A stretch of DNA of 63,960 bases, filler included, from Lama guanicoe (lineage: Eukaryota), in assembly GCA_013239625.1 (NCBI GenBank). It is 80 parts of 79 records of this genome, joined end to end, with 100 filler letters (N's around TTAATTAATTAA, not from the genome) between each part and the next. Parts side by side here need not be neighbours in the genome. Positions count along the whole stretch, not along the records: positions 11,582 to 12,407 come from PNXV01007546.1; positions 12,508 to 13,358 come from PNXV01007547.1; positions 13,459 to 14,016 come from PNXV01007567.1; positions 14,117 to 14,598 come from MU054465.1; positions 14,699 to 15,432 come from PNXV01007577.1; positions 15,533 to 16,271 come from PNXV01007647.1; positions 16,372 to 16,854 come from MU054467.1; positions 16,955 to 17,720 come from PNXV01007650.1; 72 more parts are not named here. The stretch is one strand, 5' to 3'. Below are positions 11,843 through 24,587 of this stretch, in pieces. Both the position numbers and the translations under genes were made by a program. Numbering within the stretch: position 1 is the first letter of the stretch; each line of letters starts with the position of its first letter. A model generated the notes under the pieces. That model was not told the origin of the DNA. It searched no databases and worked only from the letters and a program-made list of their open reading frames with translations.

Positions 11843-12407
11843 GGGACCTTGCATTCTCACCCCGACCCTGGTTCTTCTCACCCAGGGGAAGGGTTTGGCC
11901 ACCACTGTCATGCTGGCCATGAGACTTGTTTCTCCTTTCATGCTCTGGTCCAAATGTGGACACTTCATCCTTCACTGACTTGGTCTCGCTTGAGACAGGC
12001 CAGACTTTCTGAAAGAGTCCATCACATTCTGGGGGGGAACAGAACAGAAGTAAGGGTCGCAAGTAGCAATCTAGGCTGTCTGGGTTGGCAAATGCAGGCT
12101 GGCATCTGTGATGGCTGGGCTGTGCCAAGAAAACAGGCCTTTCCCGTGGCTCCCGAGAGACCAGGGGTCGGAGCGAGAACAGACTTGCCTGGGTTCCCCA
12201 TCCTCATCTGCTCACTTGCAGGAGTGTCAGCTAACTAGGAGCTCTCCCAGACCTCGGGCCCTTCAAAGCTCAGACCACAGGAGATCCTTGAGTCCCTTCT
12301 CCTGGTCCTCCTTTGTGAGAATCCAGTGCCTATTCTGAGGTGCTGCAGGAGATGCCTACCCCTCCAGGGAGCTCCCTTCGGAGGACTGTGACTCAGTGCA
12401 CCTTGCT
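11843..12407 (+). repeat. Unclassified ~570-bp repeated element, copy 1
   Basis: Colinear reverse-complement match to 50878-51450, e.g. identical 'ggctgtctgggttggcaaatgcaggctggcatctgtgatggctgggctgtgcc'. Confidence 0.9.
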
Positions 12408-12599
12408 NNNNNNNNNNNNNNNNNNNNNNNNNNNNNNNNNNNNNNNNNNNNTTAATTAATTAANNNNNNNNNNNNNNNNNNNNNNNNNNNNNNNNNNNNN
12501 NNNNNNNATTTGTGAGAAAGAGTGTGCTACAAGCATCCTTCTCCTCCACCATCTTGGCATCCCACCCCACAAGGTCTCACTTTATGGTGGAAGATAAAC

Positions 12600-13358
12600 A
12601 CAGCCAGGAAACATATAGAAAAGATATTTCATGAAAATGACAAGAAATTGAAGATTGCAATGCTCAAATCATACAAAATACATTTTAAAATAAGGGTCAC
12701 AATGAAAGATAAATATAAGAATACATAAAGAAATAAGAGATCAACATTAAAAAAAGATTATTACACTCATTAAATTATATATGGATCCAAAAGTGTAGAT
12801 CATATGTATAAAAAGATATATTAGTAAACATGAAGTAATTAATTCATTATAAAACAATAATAGTAGAGATGAGTTTAACACCTCACTATTCTGATGGCCA
12901 GATCACCCAGAAAGAATATCTTTAAGGAAACAGAGGTCTTAATAACATATTAGATCATTTGAACCTAAATGAGTTATTGGGCACTGGATCAGAAAAGAAG
13001 AACACACAAGCTTCTGAAGTGTGCACAGGATGTTTTCTAAGGAATTAACCACATATTATGTCATGAAAAGAGCCTCAGGAAATTTAAGCAAATATAGTTT
13101 ACAGCAAGTATTTTTCCATACAAAAAAGTATGAAACTATGCATCAACTCTAGAAAGAAGAACATGAAAAGCACCAACATGAGATTAAACCACATCCTTTA
13201 AAAAAATAAAATAAAACAAGGTCAATGATGAAATCAAAGAGGTAATAAAATCATACCTCAGAACATATTACAATGAAAACACAGCTTCATAAAAGGTATA
13301 GGATGCAGGAAAAGCAAATCTAAGTGGGAAGTTTAAAACAATTCAGGCCTTCTACAAG
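12600..13358 (+). mobile_element. Decayed LINE-1 ORF2 endonuclease region
   Basis: 'acaataatagtagagatgagtttaacacctcact...agatcacccagaaagaatatctttaaggaaacagag' and 'gatgcaggaaaagcaaatctaagtgggaagttta'. Confidence 0.85.
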
Positions 13359-14116
13359 NNNNNNNNNNNNNNNNNNNNNNNNNNNNNNNNNNNNNNNNNN
13401 NNTTAATTAATTAANNNNNNNNNNNNNNNNNNNNNNNNNNNNNNNNNNNNNNNNNNNNTGTCCCAGAGCTCTGCCCCAGGGCCCTTGAGATGTGTCTGCC
13501 CTGGAGGTTGGAGGCTCCACAGGCCCCCTTCTCTCAGAAAACTGGCCTCAGCCCAGCACCTCCACCAGCTGTCAAGTCAAGGAAGCGGCCTCTAGTGGAG
13601 GCCCAGTGTCTGCTGGGAAGCTGTCCCTGCCCAGGCCTGACCTCGGGATCTGGGGGGCCTGCCTTGACTCTGGGGCTGGCTCGCTCCTCACAGGCAAAAC
13701 AGACAAGGTGTGACCTGTATAAGGAGGAGAAAGGAGAAAGAGGCACTGCAGCCAGCAGGGAACAGCGGGCCAGCCCTCCACTGCCAGCCACCAGGGGGTC
13801 CCCAGGAGACTTTAGGGGCTCCTCCTCATTCAGTGCTGACCCCAGCTGAAGTGGGGGGCAGGGAGGAAGGACAGGGAAGGAGGGGGGACCTTCAGGGCCA
13901 GGTTAGGGGTGGGGTGGTGGGGAGTTAGAGGCTGGGGAGGAGGGCCTGGGTGGCTGTGGGTGGGAGCAGCACCTTGGGGTGATGTATGTAAAATATGAAT
14001 AATGATAATTTTGTTTNNNNNNNNNNNNNNNNNNNNNNNNNNNNNNNNNNNNNNNNNNNNTTAATTAATTAANNNNNNNNNNNNNNNNNNNNNNNNNNNN
14101 NNNNNNNNNNNNNNNN

Positions 14117-14598
14117 AACAGACAAAAAGACTAATGGAACAGAATCCCAAGCCTAGAAACAACCCGAAGCATATAAAGTCAACTAATAATTAACAAAGAA
14201 GCCAAAAATACTCAATAGACTTATCATATGATTCAGCAATCCCACTCCTGAGCATATATCCAGAGGGAGCTCTAATTGAAAAAGATACATGTGCCCCAGT
14301 ATTCACAGCAGCACTGTTGACAATAGCCAAGACTTGGAAGCAACCTAAATGTCCATCAANNNNNNNNNNNNNNNNNNNNNNNNNNNNNNNNNNNNNNNNN
14401 NNNNNNNNNNNNNNNNCCATAAAAATAATGCCATTTGCAGCAGCATGAATGGACCTGGAGATCATCATTCTAAGTGAAGTAAGCCAGAAAGAGAAAGAAA
14501 AATACCATATGGTATCACTCATATGTGAAACCTTAAAAAGAAAAAAGAAAAAAGAAAAGGAAAAAAAGGATACAAATGAACTAATCTACAAAACAGAC
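14117..14598 (+). mobile_element. LINE-1 ORF2 fragment abutting a less diverged L1 3' end (junction ~14217)
   Basis: 'aatggaacagaat...gccaaaaatactcaatag' jumps directly to 'catatgattcagcaatcccactcctgagcatatatcc...ggaagcaacctaaatgtccatc'. Confidence 0.9.
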
Positions 14599-14698
14599 NN
14601 NNNNNNNNNNNNNNNNNNNNNNNNNNNNNNNNNNNNNNNNNNTTAATTAATTAANNNNNNNNNNNNNNNNNNNNNNNNNNNNNNNNNNNNNNNNNNNN

Positions 14699-15175
14699 GA
14701 AATGAATTAAAAATTGTGAACATAATGTTGTGTAGGAGAAACTAACATAGTGTTATAGACTAAAGTTCACTTCAAAAACAAACAATCATACTTATATTAA
14801 AAGAAACTAGGTTTCTAATTAACAGAGGCAGGGGTTGGAAAAGGAGAATTTGATTAATGCACTCAAAAGCTACAAATCGCCAGCTGTAAAATAAAAGTGT
14901 TCAAGGGATGCCCAGTAAAAACATGAAAATTATAGTTAATACCACTTTATGTTCTATATTAATGATGTTAAGAGAGTAGACATTAAGGTTTATCATCACA
15001 ACCAAAAGACAAATTGTATTTCTTTAAAATTGTATCTAAGTGAGATAATGAAATCTCCCTAAAGTTGCTATGATATTTATTTCATGATAGTTGTAAATCA
15101 AATCACTATCCTATGCACCTAAACTTTCACAAAGTTTTATGCCAATTATATCTCAAAAAAAGAGGAAGGAAAAAT
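14699..15175 (+). mobile_element. Older L1 3' UTR (L1MA-like)
   Basis: 'ttaagagagtagacattaagg...atcaaatcactatcctatgcacctaaactt...tatgccaattatatctcaaaaaaagagg'. Confidence 0.75.
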
Positions 15176-15532
15176 GTAAAGTCAATGGTCATTTTTTCCC
15201 ATGTCATTTCTCATGATTGTTTTAGTTTTTGCAGCAAGTAAACTTGAGTCATGATATACTTATCCTTGGCAAAGTTACTAATAAATAAGTGATTCTAATA
15301 AATTATACATAAAGATACTAATAAAATTAATGTTTTACCATGCTTAAACATTCTTCATGTTAATAGTCCACTGTTTCTGTAGACATCAAAATTTCACTCT
15401 GTGTATTCATTTGAGATTAGAGAATGGATACANNNNNNNNNNNNNNNNNNNNNNNNNNNNNNNNNNNNNNNNNNNNTTAATTAATTAANNNNNNNNNNNN
15501 NNNNNNNNNNNNNNNNNNNNNNNNNNNNNNNN

Positions 15533-16271
15533 TCTCTGTGCCAGGGAATTCTAGGGGTGTTTGCAGGATATCCCAGTGACAAAGGCTGTCTCCCCAAGTT
15601 CAGGGAAGTTATTTCTCGGGCTTCCCCAAACAGGGAACACCTGTGACTGAAGAGAGCTGCGTGGAGTTTTCTCTCGAGCTCCCCCACGCCCTGACAATGT
15701 TTCCGGAATCCTGAGCATGGGGAGGTTCCACCAACGGTCGGCAGCACGTGGGTTCTAACGGAATGCCTAGGTTCATCTCCCCTGATGGTTTTCCTAATGT
15801 CTCTCTGCCAGGGAATACTAGGGGTGTTTGCAGGATATCCCAGTGACAGAGGCTTCTTCCATAAAGTCAGGGAATTTAATTCTCGGACTTCCCCGAACAG
15901 GGAACACATGTGACTGAAGTGAGCTGCGTGGATTTGTCTATCGATCTCCCACAAGCACTGACATTGTTTCCGGAATCATGAGCCTGGGGAGGTTCCACCA
16001 ACTGTCGGCAGCGCGTACGTTCTAACGGAATGCCTACGCTCGTCTCCCCTGAGGATTTTCCTAATGTCTCTGTGCCAGGGAATGCTAGGGGGTTTGCAGG
16101 ATATCCCAGTGACAGAGGCTGCCTCCCGAAAATTTAGGGAAGGTATTTCTCAGACTTACAGGGAACACACTGAAGATAGTTGCGCGGAGTTGTCTCTCGA
16201 GCTCCCTCACGCACTGACAATTGTTCCAGAATCCTGAGCGTGGGGAGGTTCCAAAAACGGTCGGCAGCGTG
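15533..16271 (-). repeat. ~267-bp satellite family A
   Basis: Reverse complement of the 2094-2915 monomer, about 2.8 copies. Confidence 0.95.
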
Positions 16272-16371
16272 NNNNNNNNNNNNNNNNNNNNNNNNNNNNN
16301 NNNNNNNNNNNNNNNTTAATTAATTAANNNNNNNNNNNNNNNNNNNNNNNNNNNNNNNNNNNNNNNNNNNN

Positions 16372-16854
16372 ATAAGTGTGTGTGAAAACCGTCCTTCACC
16401 TAGCTTGAAGGGAACACAGACTTTCTTTTGAGTTGAATAATCGACTACATACATATATAAGGGGAGGTACAATGTCCAACTCGGTTTTACAGTGAAAACG
16501 GCAGGCACATCAAACCGGCACTAGGAAACAGACTGAGAAACCAGAGTAATTGTTTCTCCTGCAACCCGTTCCCTTTNNNNNNNNNNNNNNNNNNNNNNNN
16601 NNNNNNNNNNNNNNNNNNNNNNNNNNNNNNNTGAAAGCCGTCCTTCACCTAGCTTGAAGGGAACACAAAGTTTCTTTTCAGTTGCAAACTCCACTCCATC
16701 CATATATATGGGGAGGTACAAGCTCCAACCCGGTTTTACAGTGAAAACTGCAGGAACTTCAAACCAGCACTAGGAAACAGATCGGAAAACCAGAGTAAGT
16801 GTTTGTCATGCAACACGTTCCCTTGGTGCAAGATGAGCGAAAGTCTCTCCTCAT
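16372..16854 (-). repeat. ~248-bp satellite (family B)
   Basis: 'ccgtccttcacctagcttgaagggaacaca' repeats at about 250-bp spacing; reverse complement of the 60538-62047 monomer. Confidence 0.93.
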
Positions 16855-16954
16855 NNNNNNNNNNNNNNNNNNNNNNNNNNNNNNNNNNNNNNNNNNNNTT
16901 AATTAATTAANNNNNNNNNNNNNNNNNNNNNNNNNNNNNNNNNNNNNNNNNNNN

Positions 16955-17720
16955 GATTACTTTCTTTACATGTAAAGTCTGATTATTTGATCATATAGGG
17001 TTTCTTAAATGGGCTGTGTTGGAAGTTTTAATACTGTGTCTCAGGGTAGAATGTTAATAAGATTTGCTAAGGCCAGGAAAGCCACGTCAAGGGCTTGTCA
17101 TGTCTTTCTGCCTTACAGATTTAGATAAATTCTTTTCTCTTTAAAATCCTTAAAATATCTTGAGATTCCTACATCTGTTAGGAGATGATCTTCCTCATTT
17201 GTCTCATAGAGCCACTGGGGACCTAAGAGTTTTTAGTCTCTTGAACGATCATATAGAGGGAAAAGATAACTGTTTCAAGTCTGCTTACATAGGTATAATT
17301 TATCACATTTCTGTGATTCATAAATTCATAACTAGCCTAAGAGGAAGAGTTTCTTTATGAATGGGAAACAGGTTAAAACCAGTAGTATTTCAAACAAAAT
17401 AAAAAATTGTAACCATATTCATCAGTTTACTCAGTCACACAAAACTAATCCTTTTAATCAGAGTTTTCATTACATATTAAAAATTTCTTACCCTGTTTAG
17501 TTCAGTGTTGTAGTTTGAAATTTATTAGAAATCAGTAAATCTCCTTGAAGAGCAAGCATTTTCAAAATCATCAGAAGAAAACAATTAACTGTCTATATAT
17601 GACAAAAGATTTAAAAGCATCGTTAAACACCGTTACACAATAATCTATACAGAAACCTGGTCACTATACATAGAATTATCACTTTTAACATTTCAGATAT
17701 ACCAGAATTTTAGGGAGTCC
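16955..17720. mobile_element. Possible ERV1 (MER4-group-like) internal sequence
   Basis: General resemblance only ('gagattcctacatctg', 'aattaactgtctatatatgacaaaagatt'); no coding motif recovered. Confidence 0.35.
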
Positions 17721-17820
17721 NNNNNNNNNNNNNNNNNNNNNNNNNNNNNNNNNNNNNNNNNNNNTTAATTAATTAANNNNNNNNNNNNNNNNNNNNNNNN
17801 NNNNNNNNNNNNNNNNNNNN

Positions 17821-18250
17821 ACAATGGAATACTATTCAGCCATAAAAACTGACAACATAATGTCATCTGTAGCAACATGGATGTTCCTGGAGAATGTCAT
17901 TCTAGGTGAAGAAAGCCAGAAAGAGACAGAAAAATACCATATGAGATCACTCATATGAGGAATCTAAAAAAACAACAAAACATCAATACAAAACAGAAAC
18001 AGATTCATAGACATAGAATACAAACTTGTGGTTGCCAAGGGGGTGGGGGGTGGAAAGGGACACACTGGGATTTTAAAATGCAGAATAGATAAACAAGATT
18101 ATAAGCACAGGGAAATAATACAAGATCTTGTGGTAGCTCATAGTGGGAAAAAATGTGACAATGAATATATATATGTTTGTGTATAACTGAAAAATTGTGC
18201 TCTACACTAGAATTTGACACAACATTGTAAAATGACTATCACTCAAAATA
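17821..18250 (+). mobile_element. Lineage-specific L1 3' end
   Basis: ORF2 end 'aatggaatactattcagccataaaaa' followed by 3' UTR 'gaatacaaacttgtggttgcc...aaaaattgtgctctacactagaatttgacacaacattgtaaaatgac'. The same UTR occurs at 22849, 27653, 52850 and 57006. Confidence 0.9.
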
Positions 18251-18686
18251 TACAAAGAATTCATACAACACAGTATCAAAAAAAATTAAACAATCCCATT
18301 TTAAAATGTCAAAAAAAATTTTTCCTTTTAGAATAAAATGACTGAAATGAAAAAAAAGAAAGACCATGACTGAAATTTGGGTATGTGCCAAACAAATACC
18401 TAAAAATATTTAATTTAAATAGCATGCCCATTAGGTTTTTTTTTTTTTTTTTTTTGGAGGGGGAAACCAAGGCAATGCAGAAAAGTCGATGGCAAAAGTG
18501 AAGAAATGTGAGAGGGTTGATAGATGCCCTTCAGATCACGGTCTTCACTTCTAGTCCTCTAGCCTCAGAGAAGAAAAACTAACCACNNNNNNNNNNNNNN
18601 NNNNNNNNNNNNNNNNNNNNNNNNNNNNNNTTAATTAATTAANNNNNNNNNNNNNNNNNNNNNNNNNNNNNNNNNNNNNNNNNNNN

Positions 18687-19251
18687 AAACAGAATACAAA
18701 ACCCTGAATTGAGAACATGGAATGAAGAACACAGAATTTAGAATATAGATAACAAAATACTGAATATAGAATTTCAAATATAGAATGATGAACGCAGAAT
18801 TTAGAATATAGAATAAAGAATACTGAATATTGAATTAAGAATATAGAATGTAGAACACAGTATATAGAATATAGATTAGAGAATATAGAACCCAGAATTT
18901 AGAACATGGAATACAGAACACAGAATTTAGAATATAGAATACAGAATACTGAATATAGAATTTAGAATATATAGAATATAGAATGTAGAACACAGAATAT
19001 AGAATATAGACTACGGAATGCAGAATATAGGATATAGGATATAGAATTATAAACACAAATTTTAGAATATAGAATAGAGAGTTTAGAACCCAGAATTAAG
19101 AACATGGAATTTAGAACACAGAATTTAGAATATAGAATAAAAAATACTGAATTTGGAATTTAGAACATAGAATGTAGAACACAGAATATGGAATATAGAA
19201 TTTGGAATGCAGAATATTGAATACAGAACATAGAATGTAGAACACAGTATA
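18687..19251 (+). repeat. Heptamer (AGAATAT-type) satellite
   Basis: Tandem 7-mers AGAATAT/AGAATTT/AGAACAC/AGAATAC/TGAATAT. Confidence 0.95.
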
Positions 19252-20596
19252 NNNNNNNNNNNNNNNNNNNNNNNNNNNNNNNNNNNNNNNNNNNNTTAAT
19301 TAATTAANNNNNNNNNNNNNNNNNNNNNNNNNNNNNNNNNNNNNNNNNNNNTTAGCTATTCTCACCATTGAGTTTTCTGAATATATTTGGCTCATCTAAA
19401 ATGTTTCTCTTTCCATTTATAGTAGCCTGCATTTGTATTCATAGACTCAAGATTTCCTTCAGTGTTTTTATGTCCTCCCTTTTCAAGTCATGTTCTAGTA
19501 AATTTTGGGGGTCTAATACATTGGATGTTCTTTCAGGAGACTCCTGTCTTTTGAAAATTTNNNNNNNNNNNNNNNNNNNNNNNNNNNNNNNNNNNNNNNN
19601 NNNNNNNNNNNNNNNNNNNNNNNNNNNNNNNNNNNNNNNNNNNNNNNNNNNNGTGAAATCATTGCACATTTAGTTTTAATGCTGTGAGGATTGTTTTTGG
19701 TATGTAATGATGCCATGCATTCCTTCTGTGTCCGTTGCCTGTTATATCTATGATTGCTACTGTGGTTTTTGTTGTGCTGAATATAACCTATTCTAGTAAA
19801 GTTAGCAGAGTGTCATATTGGTTAAAAGTTTATCATAGCTCTGACAGTGCTGGGACTAGTAATTTTNNNNNNNNNNNNNNNNNNNNNNNNNNNNNNNNNN
19901 NNNNNNNNNNTTAATTAATTAANNNNNNNNNNNNNNNNNNNNNNNNNNNNNNNNNNNNNNNNNNNNAGCCAAAGGAACACATCTAATATGGAGTCAAATT
20001 TGTTCTTTTCTATTAAAATTTCTTTTTCCACCTGATAAATAATTTTAGTAAGAAACATGGGCAATTATTTTTATTTTTGCTTCTTAATAACGGATAAGTG
20101 GTCCAAAGACATTTTTGTGATCTGGGATGCTGTGCGGGCCCTGGGGTCACAGCAAACTCTTGTTGGGGATGGTCGACCCTGTAACATGTCTGATGACCCG
20201 TGAGTGTTGGTGAGGGTACCCCTAACCAGGGGCTTTCTTCAGGAACCAGCGTATGGGCATTGACCTCTGGAGACCTCTTTTTAAGGTGCAGAAAATTTTT
20301 TCACATATTGTGATTGAAAAATCACTCCAGCTGGGGGTAATTGGGGCATAAAGGAAGAGGAAAAGGGCTTGGAGTAGAGAAGAAGAGAAGAACAGAAGAT
20401 CAGGGAGCCTGGGGGCTTGGTAGCAGGGGCCTCCAGAGACAGAGAAACAGGGGTGGGGAGGGGCCCGGTTCCAGAACCAACTCCTGCACCTGTCCCNNNN
20501 NNNNNNNNNNNNNNNNNNNNNNNNNNNNNNNNNNNNNNNNTTAATTAATTAANNNNNNNNNNNNNNNNNNNNNNNNNNNNNNNNNNNNNNNNNNNN

Positions 20597-21120
20597 TGTT
20601 GGTAGGAATGTAAATTGGTGCAGCCACTGTGGAAAACAGTATGGAATATTCTCAAAAATCTAAAAATAAAACTACCATGTGACCCAGCAGTTCCACTCCT
20701 AGGTATAATAGCTGAAAAAAATATTAATTTGAAAATATATGTGCACGCCAATGTTCACAGCAGCATTATTTACAGTTGCCAAGATCAGGAAGCAACCTAG
20801 TGTCCGTCACTTGGGATAAAGAAGATGTGGTGTGTGATTATACAATGGAGTACTCCTCAGCCATAAGAAAGGAAGTTAAAGGAAGTTATCTAAAAGTTAC
20901 AGCAAACCAGTGAATAAAACAAAAAAGAAGCAGACTCACAGATACAGAGAACAAACCAGTGGTTACCAGCGGGGAGAGGAAAGGGGGAGAGACAATATAG
21001 GGGTAGGGAGAACACGGGTTATTATGGGGTTATATGAAATCATATGTGTGAAACTTTTGAAAATTATAAAGCACTATATGAGTGAAAGAATCTTCCATTC
21101 AATAAAAAAAAAGAAAAAAA
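20597..21120 (+). mobile_element. LINE-1 ORF2 C-terminus and 3' UTR with A-tail
   Basis: Translates as [30 protein letters not shown] (L1 ORF2 C-terminus); A-rich tail at about 21101-21120. Confidence 0.92.
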
Positions 21121-22055
21121 TGAATAACCTTATGGAAGGTATATAGTGGCTCTGTTAATAGCCAACATTTATCATGTACCAGNNNNNNNNNNNNNNNNNN
21201 NNNNNNNNNNNNNNNNNNNNNNNNNNTTAATTAATTAANNNNNNNNNNNNNNNNNNNNNNNNNNNNNNNNNNNNNNNNNNNNCACGTTTGGATGGATTTC
21301 AAATTTGGACAGTGAGGTGGCTTCACATGGAAGGCAGGTGTATACATCATGCATGTCCACACGTCTGTATGCACACACACGGACACACACAGGGTACATG
21401 ATGTGACTTGTAAAGAGCTGTCCCTGCTAGGTTTCCCACTGCCTCTGATCTCAGCATTAACCTTTCAATGGCCATGCTCTCAGATTTGCTATGAGATTTC
21501 TTTGCAATGGAACATGCCCTTCGCTTCACAAACTTTCCACACCCTTTTCAATAACATTAGGGGTAGAGCAGGGAGCTCTGGGAAGTGGTGGGGATATGGA
21601 CTCGAGATACCTCTGAATCTGAATAAAAATTCATGGCTTATTTGTTATTTAACTTTATTTCATTCCAAATGCAACTGTTGCAGATCTCAGAAGATGATTT
21701 ACACTCACTGCTATGGCAGAATGTTGCGGTTAGAAGACCCATCACTGGATCCTCTTAATCAACACGTTCTTCCAATAATTCAGATATTAATGTATCACAA
21801 ATGCCCATTTCTATATTTTGGTATCTGCTTTTCAGTATAATTATCTTCCTTCTTTATTCTCTAAATCTTATGATTTTAAAACATTTTTCTGAGAAGTGGT
21901 CCACAGGCTCTTTACATATGATAAGCTGATAAAGAGATCCTGGAGATCTCTTTATATATAAAGAGATTTTTTACATATAAATCCTGAGATAAACTCAACT
22001 CTGTCATACATGGCTAGGTTTAGTCTGCAAATACTTTGTTTAGTAATTTTTGCAT

Positions 22056-22175
22056 CAAACAACAAGGTCCTACTGTATAGCACTGGGAACTGCATTCAAT
22101 AAATTTTAATAGCCTATAGTGAAAATGAATATGACAAGGAATATGTATATATGTATGTATAACTGAATCACTATG
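22056..22175 (+). mobile_element. L1 3' UTR fragment
   Basis: 'aaacaacaaggtcctactgtatagcactgggaact...gtataactgaatcactatg'. Confidence 0.8.
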
Positions 22176-22848
22176 NNNNNNNNNNNNNNNNNNNNNNNNN
22201 NNNNNNNNNNNNNNNNNNNTTAATTAATTAANNNNNNNNNNNNNNNNNNNNNNNNNNNNNNNNNNNNNNNNNNNNCTTCCAACCATCACCTGCTCTCTGC
22301 CTCTGCATGTGCCTATTCTGGGCACTTCAGATCACTGAAATCAACAATAAGTGGCCATTTGTGTCTGCTTCCTTTCAATTAACATGCTGTTATCAAGTCT
22401 TGTACATTTTGAAGTGGTATCAGCATCTCTTTCTTTTTTTTTTTTGAAAACTTTAAAGATTATTAGAAGGAAAAAGAGTAGAGTGGAGCATAAGTGATTG
22501 GGTTTCAAAGGGAAAAGTGTGGGTTGAACAGTCAAAGTGGACTTCCCAAAACAGGTGGCATTTTTTATTTTCCTCTTCTTTTTTGTCTTTTTTATTCACT
22601 CTTACATGTGAATAATGTTCCACTACATGGAGATACTACATTCTGTTTATCCATTCAGCAGCTATTTATGCACGAGGCCAGAAAAATGAGTGTAAGTGGT
22701 GACTAGCATGGATGGTATTTAAGCAAAGGGCAAAATGTGCTTTCAAAANNNNNNNNNNNNNNNNNNNNNNNNNNNNNNNNNNNNNNNNNNNNTTAATTAA
22801 TTAANNNNNNNNNNNNNNNNNNNNNNNNNNNNNNNNNNNNNNNNNNNN

Positions 22849-23230
22849 AAGAAAAATACCATATGAGATTGCTTATATGTGGAATCTAAAAAAAAAAGAA
22901 AAACCAACAAACAAACTAAAACAAAGCATAAATACAGGACAGAAATAGACTCATGGACAGAGAATACAGACTTGTGATTACCAGGGGGGTAGAGGGTGGG
23001 AAGGGATAGACTGGGATTTCAAAATTGTAGAATAGATAAACAAGATTACACTGTATAGCACAGGGAAATATACAAAGTGTTATGATAAATCACAGAAAGA
23101 GATAAAAATGTGACAATCAGTGTGTATATGCCCATGAATGACTGAAAAATTGTGCTGAACACTGGAATTTGACACAACATTGTAAAATCATTATAAATCA
23201 ATAAAAAATGTTAAAATAAAAAAGAAACAA
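22849..23230 (+). mobile_element. Lineage-specific L1 3' end
   Basis: Same UTR as 17821-18250, ending 'ttataaatcaataaaaaatgttaaaataaaaaag'. Confidence 0.9.
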
Positions 23231-23709
23231 AACCTTCCATCCTCATCTTTCAAGCTGCAGAGCTAATTGTCAAGAAAGTGAGGGGAAATCCTCAGAAGTC
23301 AAGACAAACCAGAAAGCAGGGATTCTGGGTGATACGTGAGCCTTACAAGCCCTGGGGTGCCGGTTGGCTCCTGAACTGAGTTTCAGTTGCCAGGGNNNNN
23401 NNNNNNNNNNNNNNNNNNNNNNNNNNNNNNNNNNNNNNNTTAATTAATTAANNNNNNNNNNNNNNNNNNNNNNNNNNNNNNNNNNNNNNNNNNNNACTGT
23501 CCACTGCCGGCCTCCAACCCCCTCATGGGGCAGAGAGCACTGGGATGTGTCCACAGCGCCCCGCTGGCAGGCTGTGTGTCCTCAGGTGTTGGCCTGAGTC
23601 AACGTCCCTAAGGCATCTGAAGGTGTTCCCAAGCACAGCCTCACCACAGAGAGGCCAGCACGTTCAGAGCCAGCCTCCCAGGCTGTCACACTATCCACAA
23701 ACCCGCCCA

Positions 23710-23919
23710 GATCTGCACTAGCCACCACGCAGCCACTGGTCACATACAGCAATGGGAAGATGGCTGGTCTGAACTGAGGTGCACTGTGCCTGAGACACAC
23801 AAGATCTCAGAAACTGAATGTGAAAACAAAGAATTTAAGATACCCATGTCTATATGCTTTTATAATGATTGTATGTTGAACTGTTAATTTGGGGGCATAG
23901 TGGGATAAATAAAACTGAT
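23710..23919. mobile_element. MER33-like hAT-Charlie relic
   Basis: 'atggctggtctgaactgaggtg...atgattgtatgttgaactgttaatttgggggcatagtgggataaataaaa'; homologous to 33925-34210. Confidence 0.65.
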
Positions 23920-24356
23920 NNNNNNNNNNNNNNNNNNNNNNNNNNNNNNNNNNNNNNNNNNNNNNNNNNNNNNNNNNNNNNNNNNNNNNNNNNNNNNNNN
24001 NGGGTGGCATGCGGTCAAAGCCTCAACCAGTGGTTTTCATCTGAATCATGTAAGACCAACGCCAGGGAAGATACTGTGGCCCAGACCAAGCCAGGCTGCA
24101 GGAGGGGCCCCTGGGGGCCTCCGATCCAAGACAGCCGCTGGATCCTGAGGAAGCGCTGAAGGGCTCCCTCACCCCCACCCCACAGAGATGCCCTCTGCTG
24201 AGAGGGTGCCCCAAGGGGACACCCCCACCCCAGAAGCTGCTTCTCAGGAACAGTCTNNNNNNNNNNNNNNNNNNNNNNNNNNNNNNNNNNNNNNNNNNNN
24301 TTAATTAATTAANNNNNNNNNNNNNNNNNNNNNNNNNNNNNNNNNNNNNNNNNNNN

Positions 24357-24587
24357 GAACTGAATTCAGTCAACAACACAAATGAGCATGGAGTTGGATC
24401 CTGAACGGAATCCCAAGAGCCCCCTGAAAGGGTCGCAGCTGTGCTCACACCTTGTTTTCAGCCTAGTAAGGCCAGTAAGCAGCCTGACTTATGCCCTGCA
24501 GAGCTGTAACATAGTAAGTCTGTGTTGTTTTAAGCTGCTTAGTTTATGGGAACTTGTCACACCCATAATAATAGAAAAATTAAGGCA
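24357..24587 (+). mobile_element. MLT1-family MaLR LTR, 3' half
   Basis: 'gaactgaattcagtcaacaac...gtgttgttttaagctgcttagtttatggg...aatagaaaattaaggca'. Confidence 0.8.
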
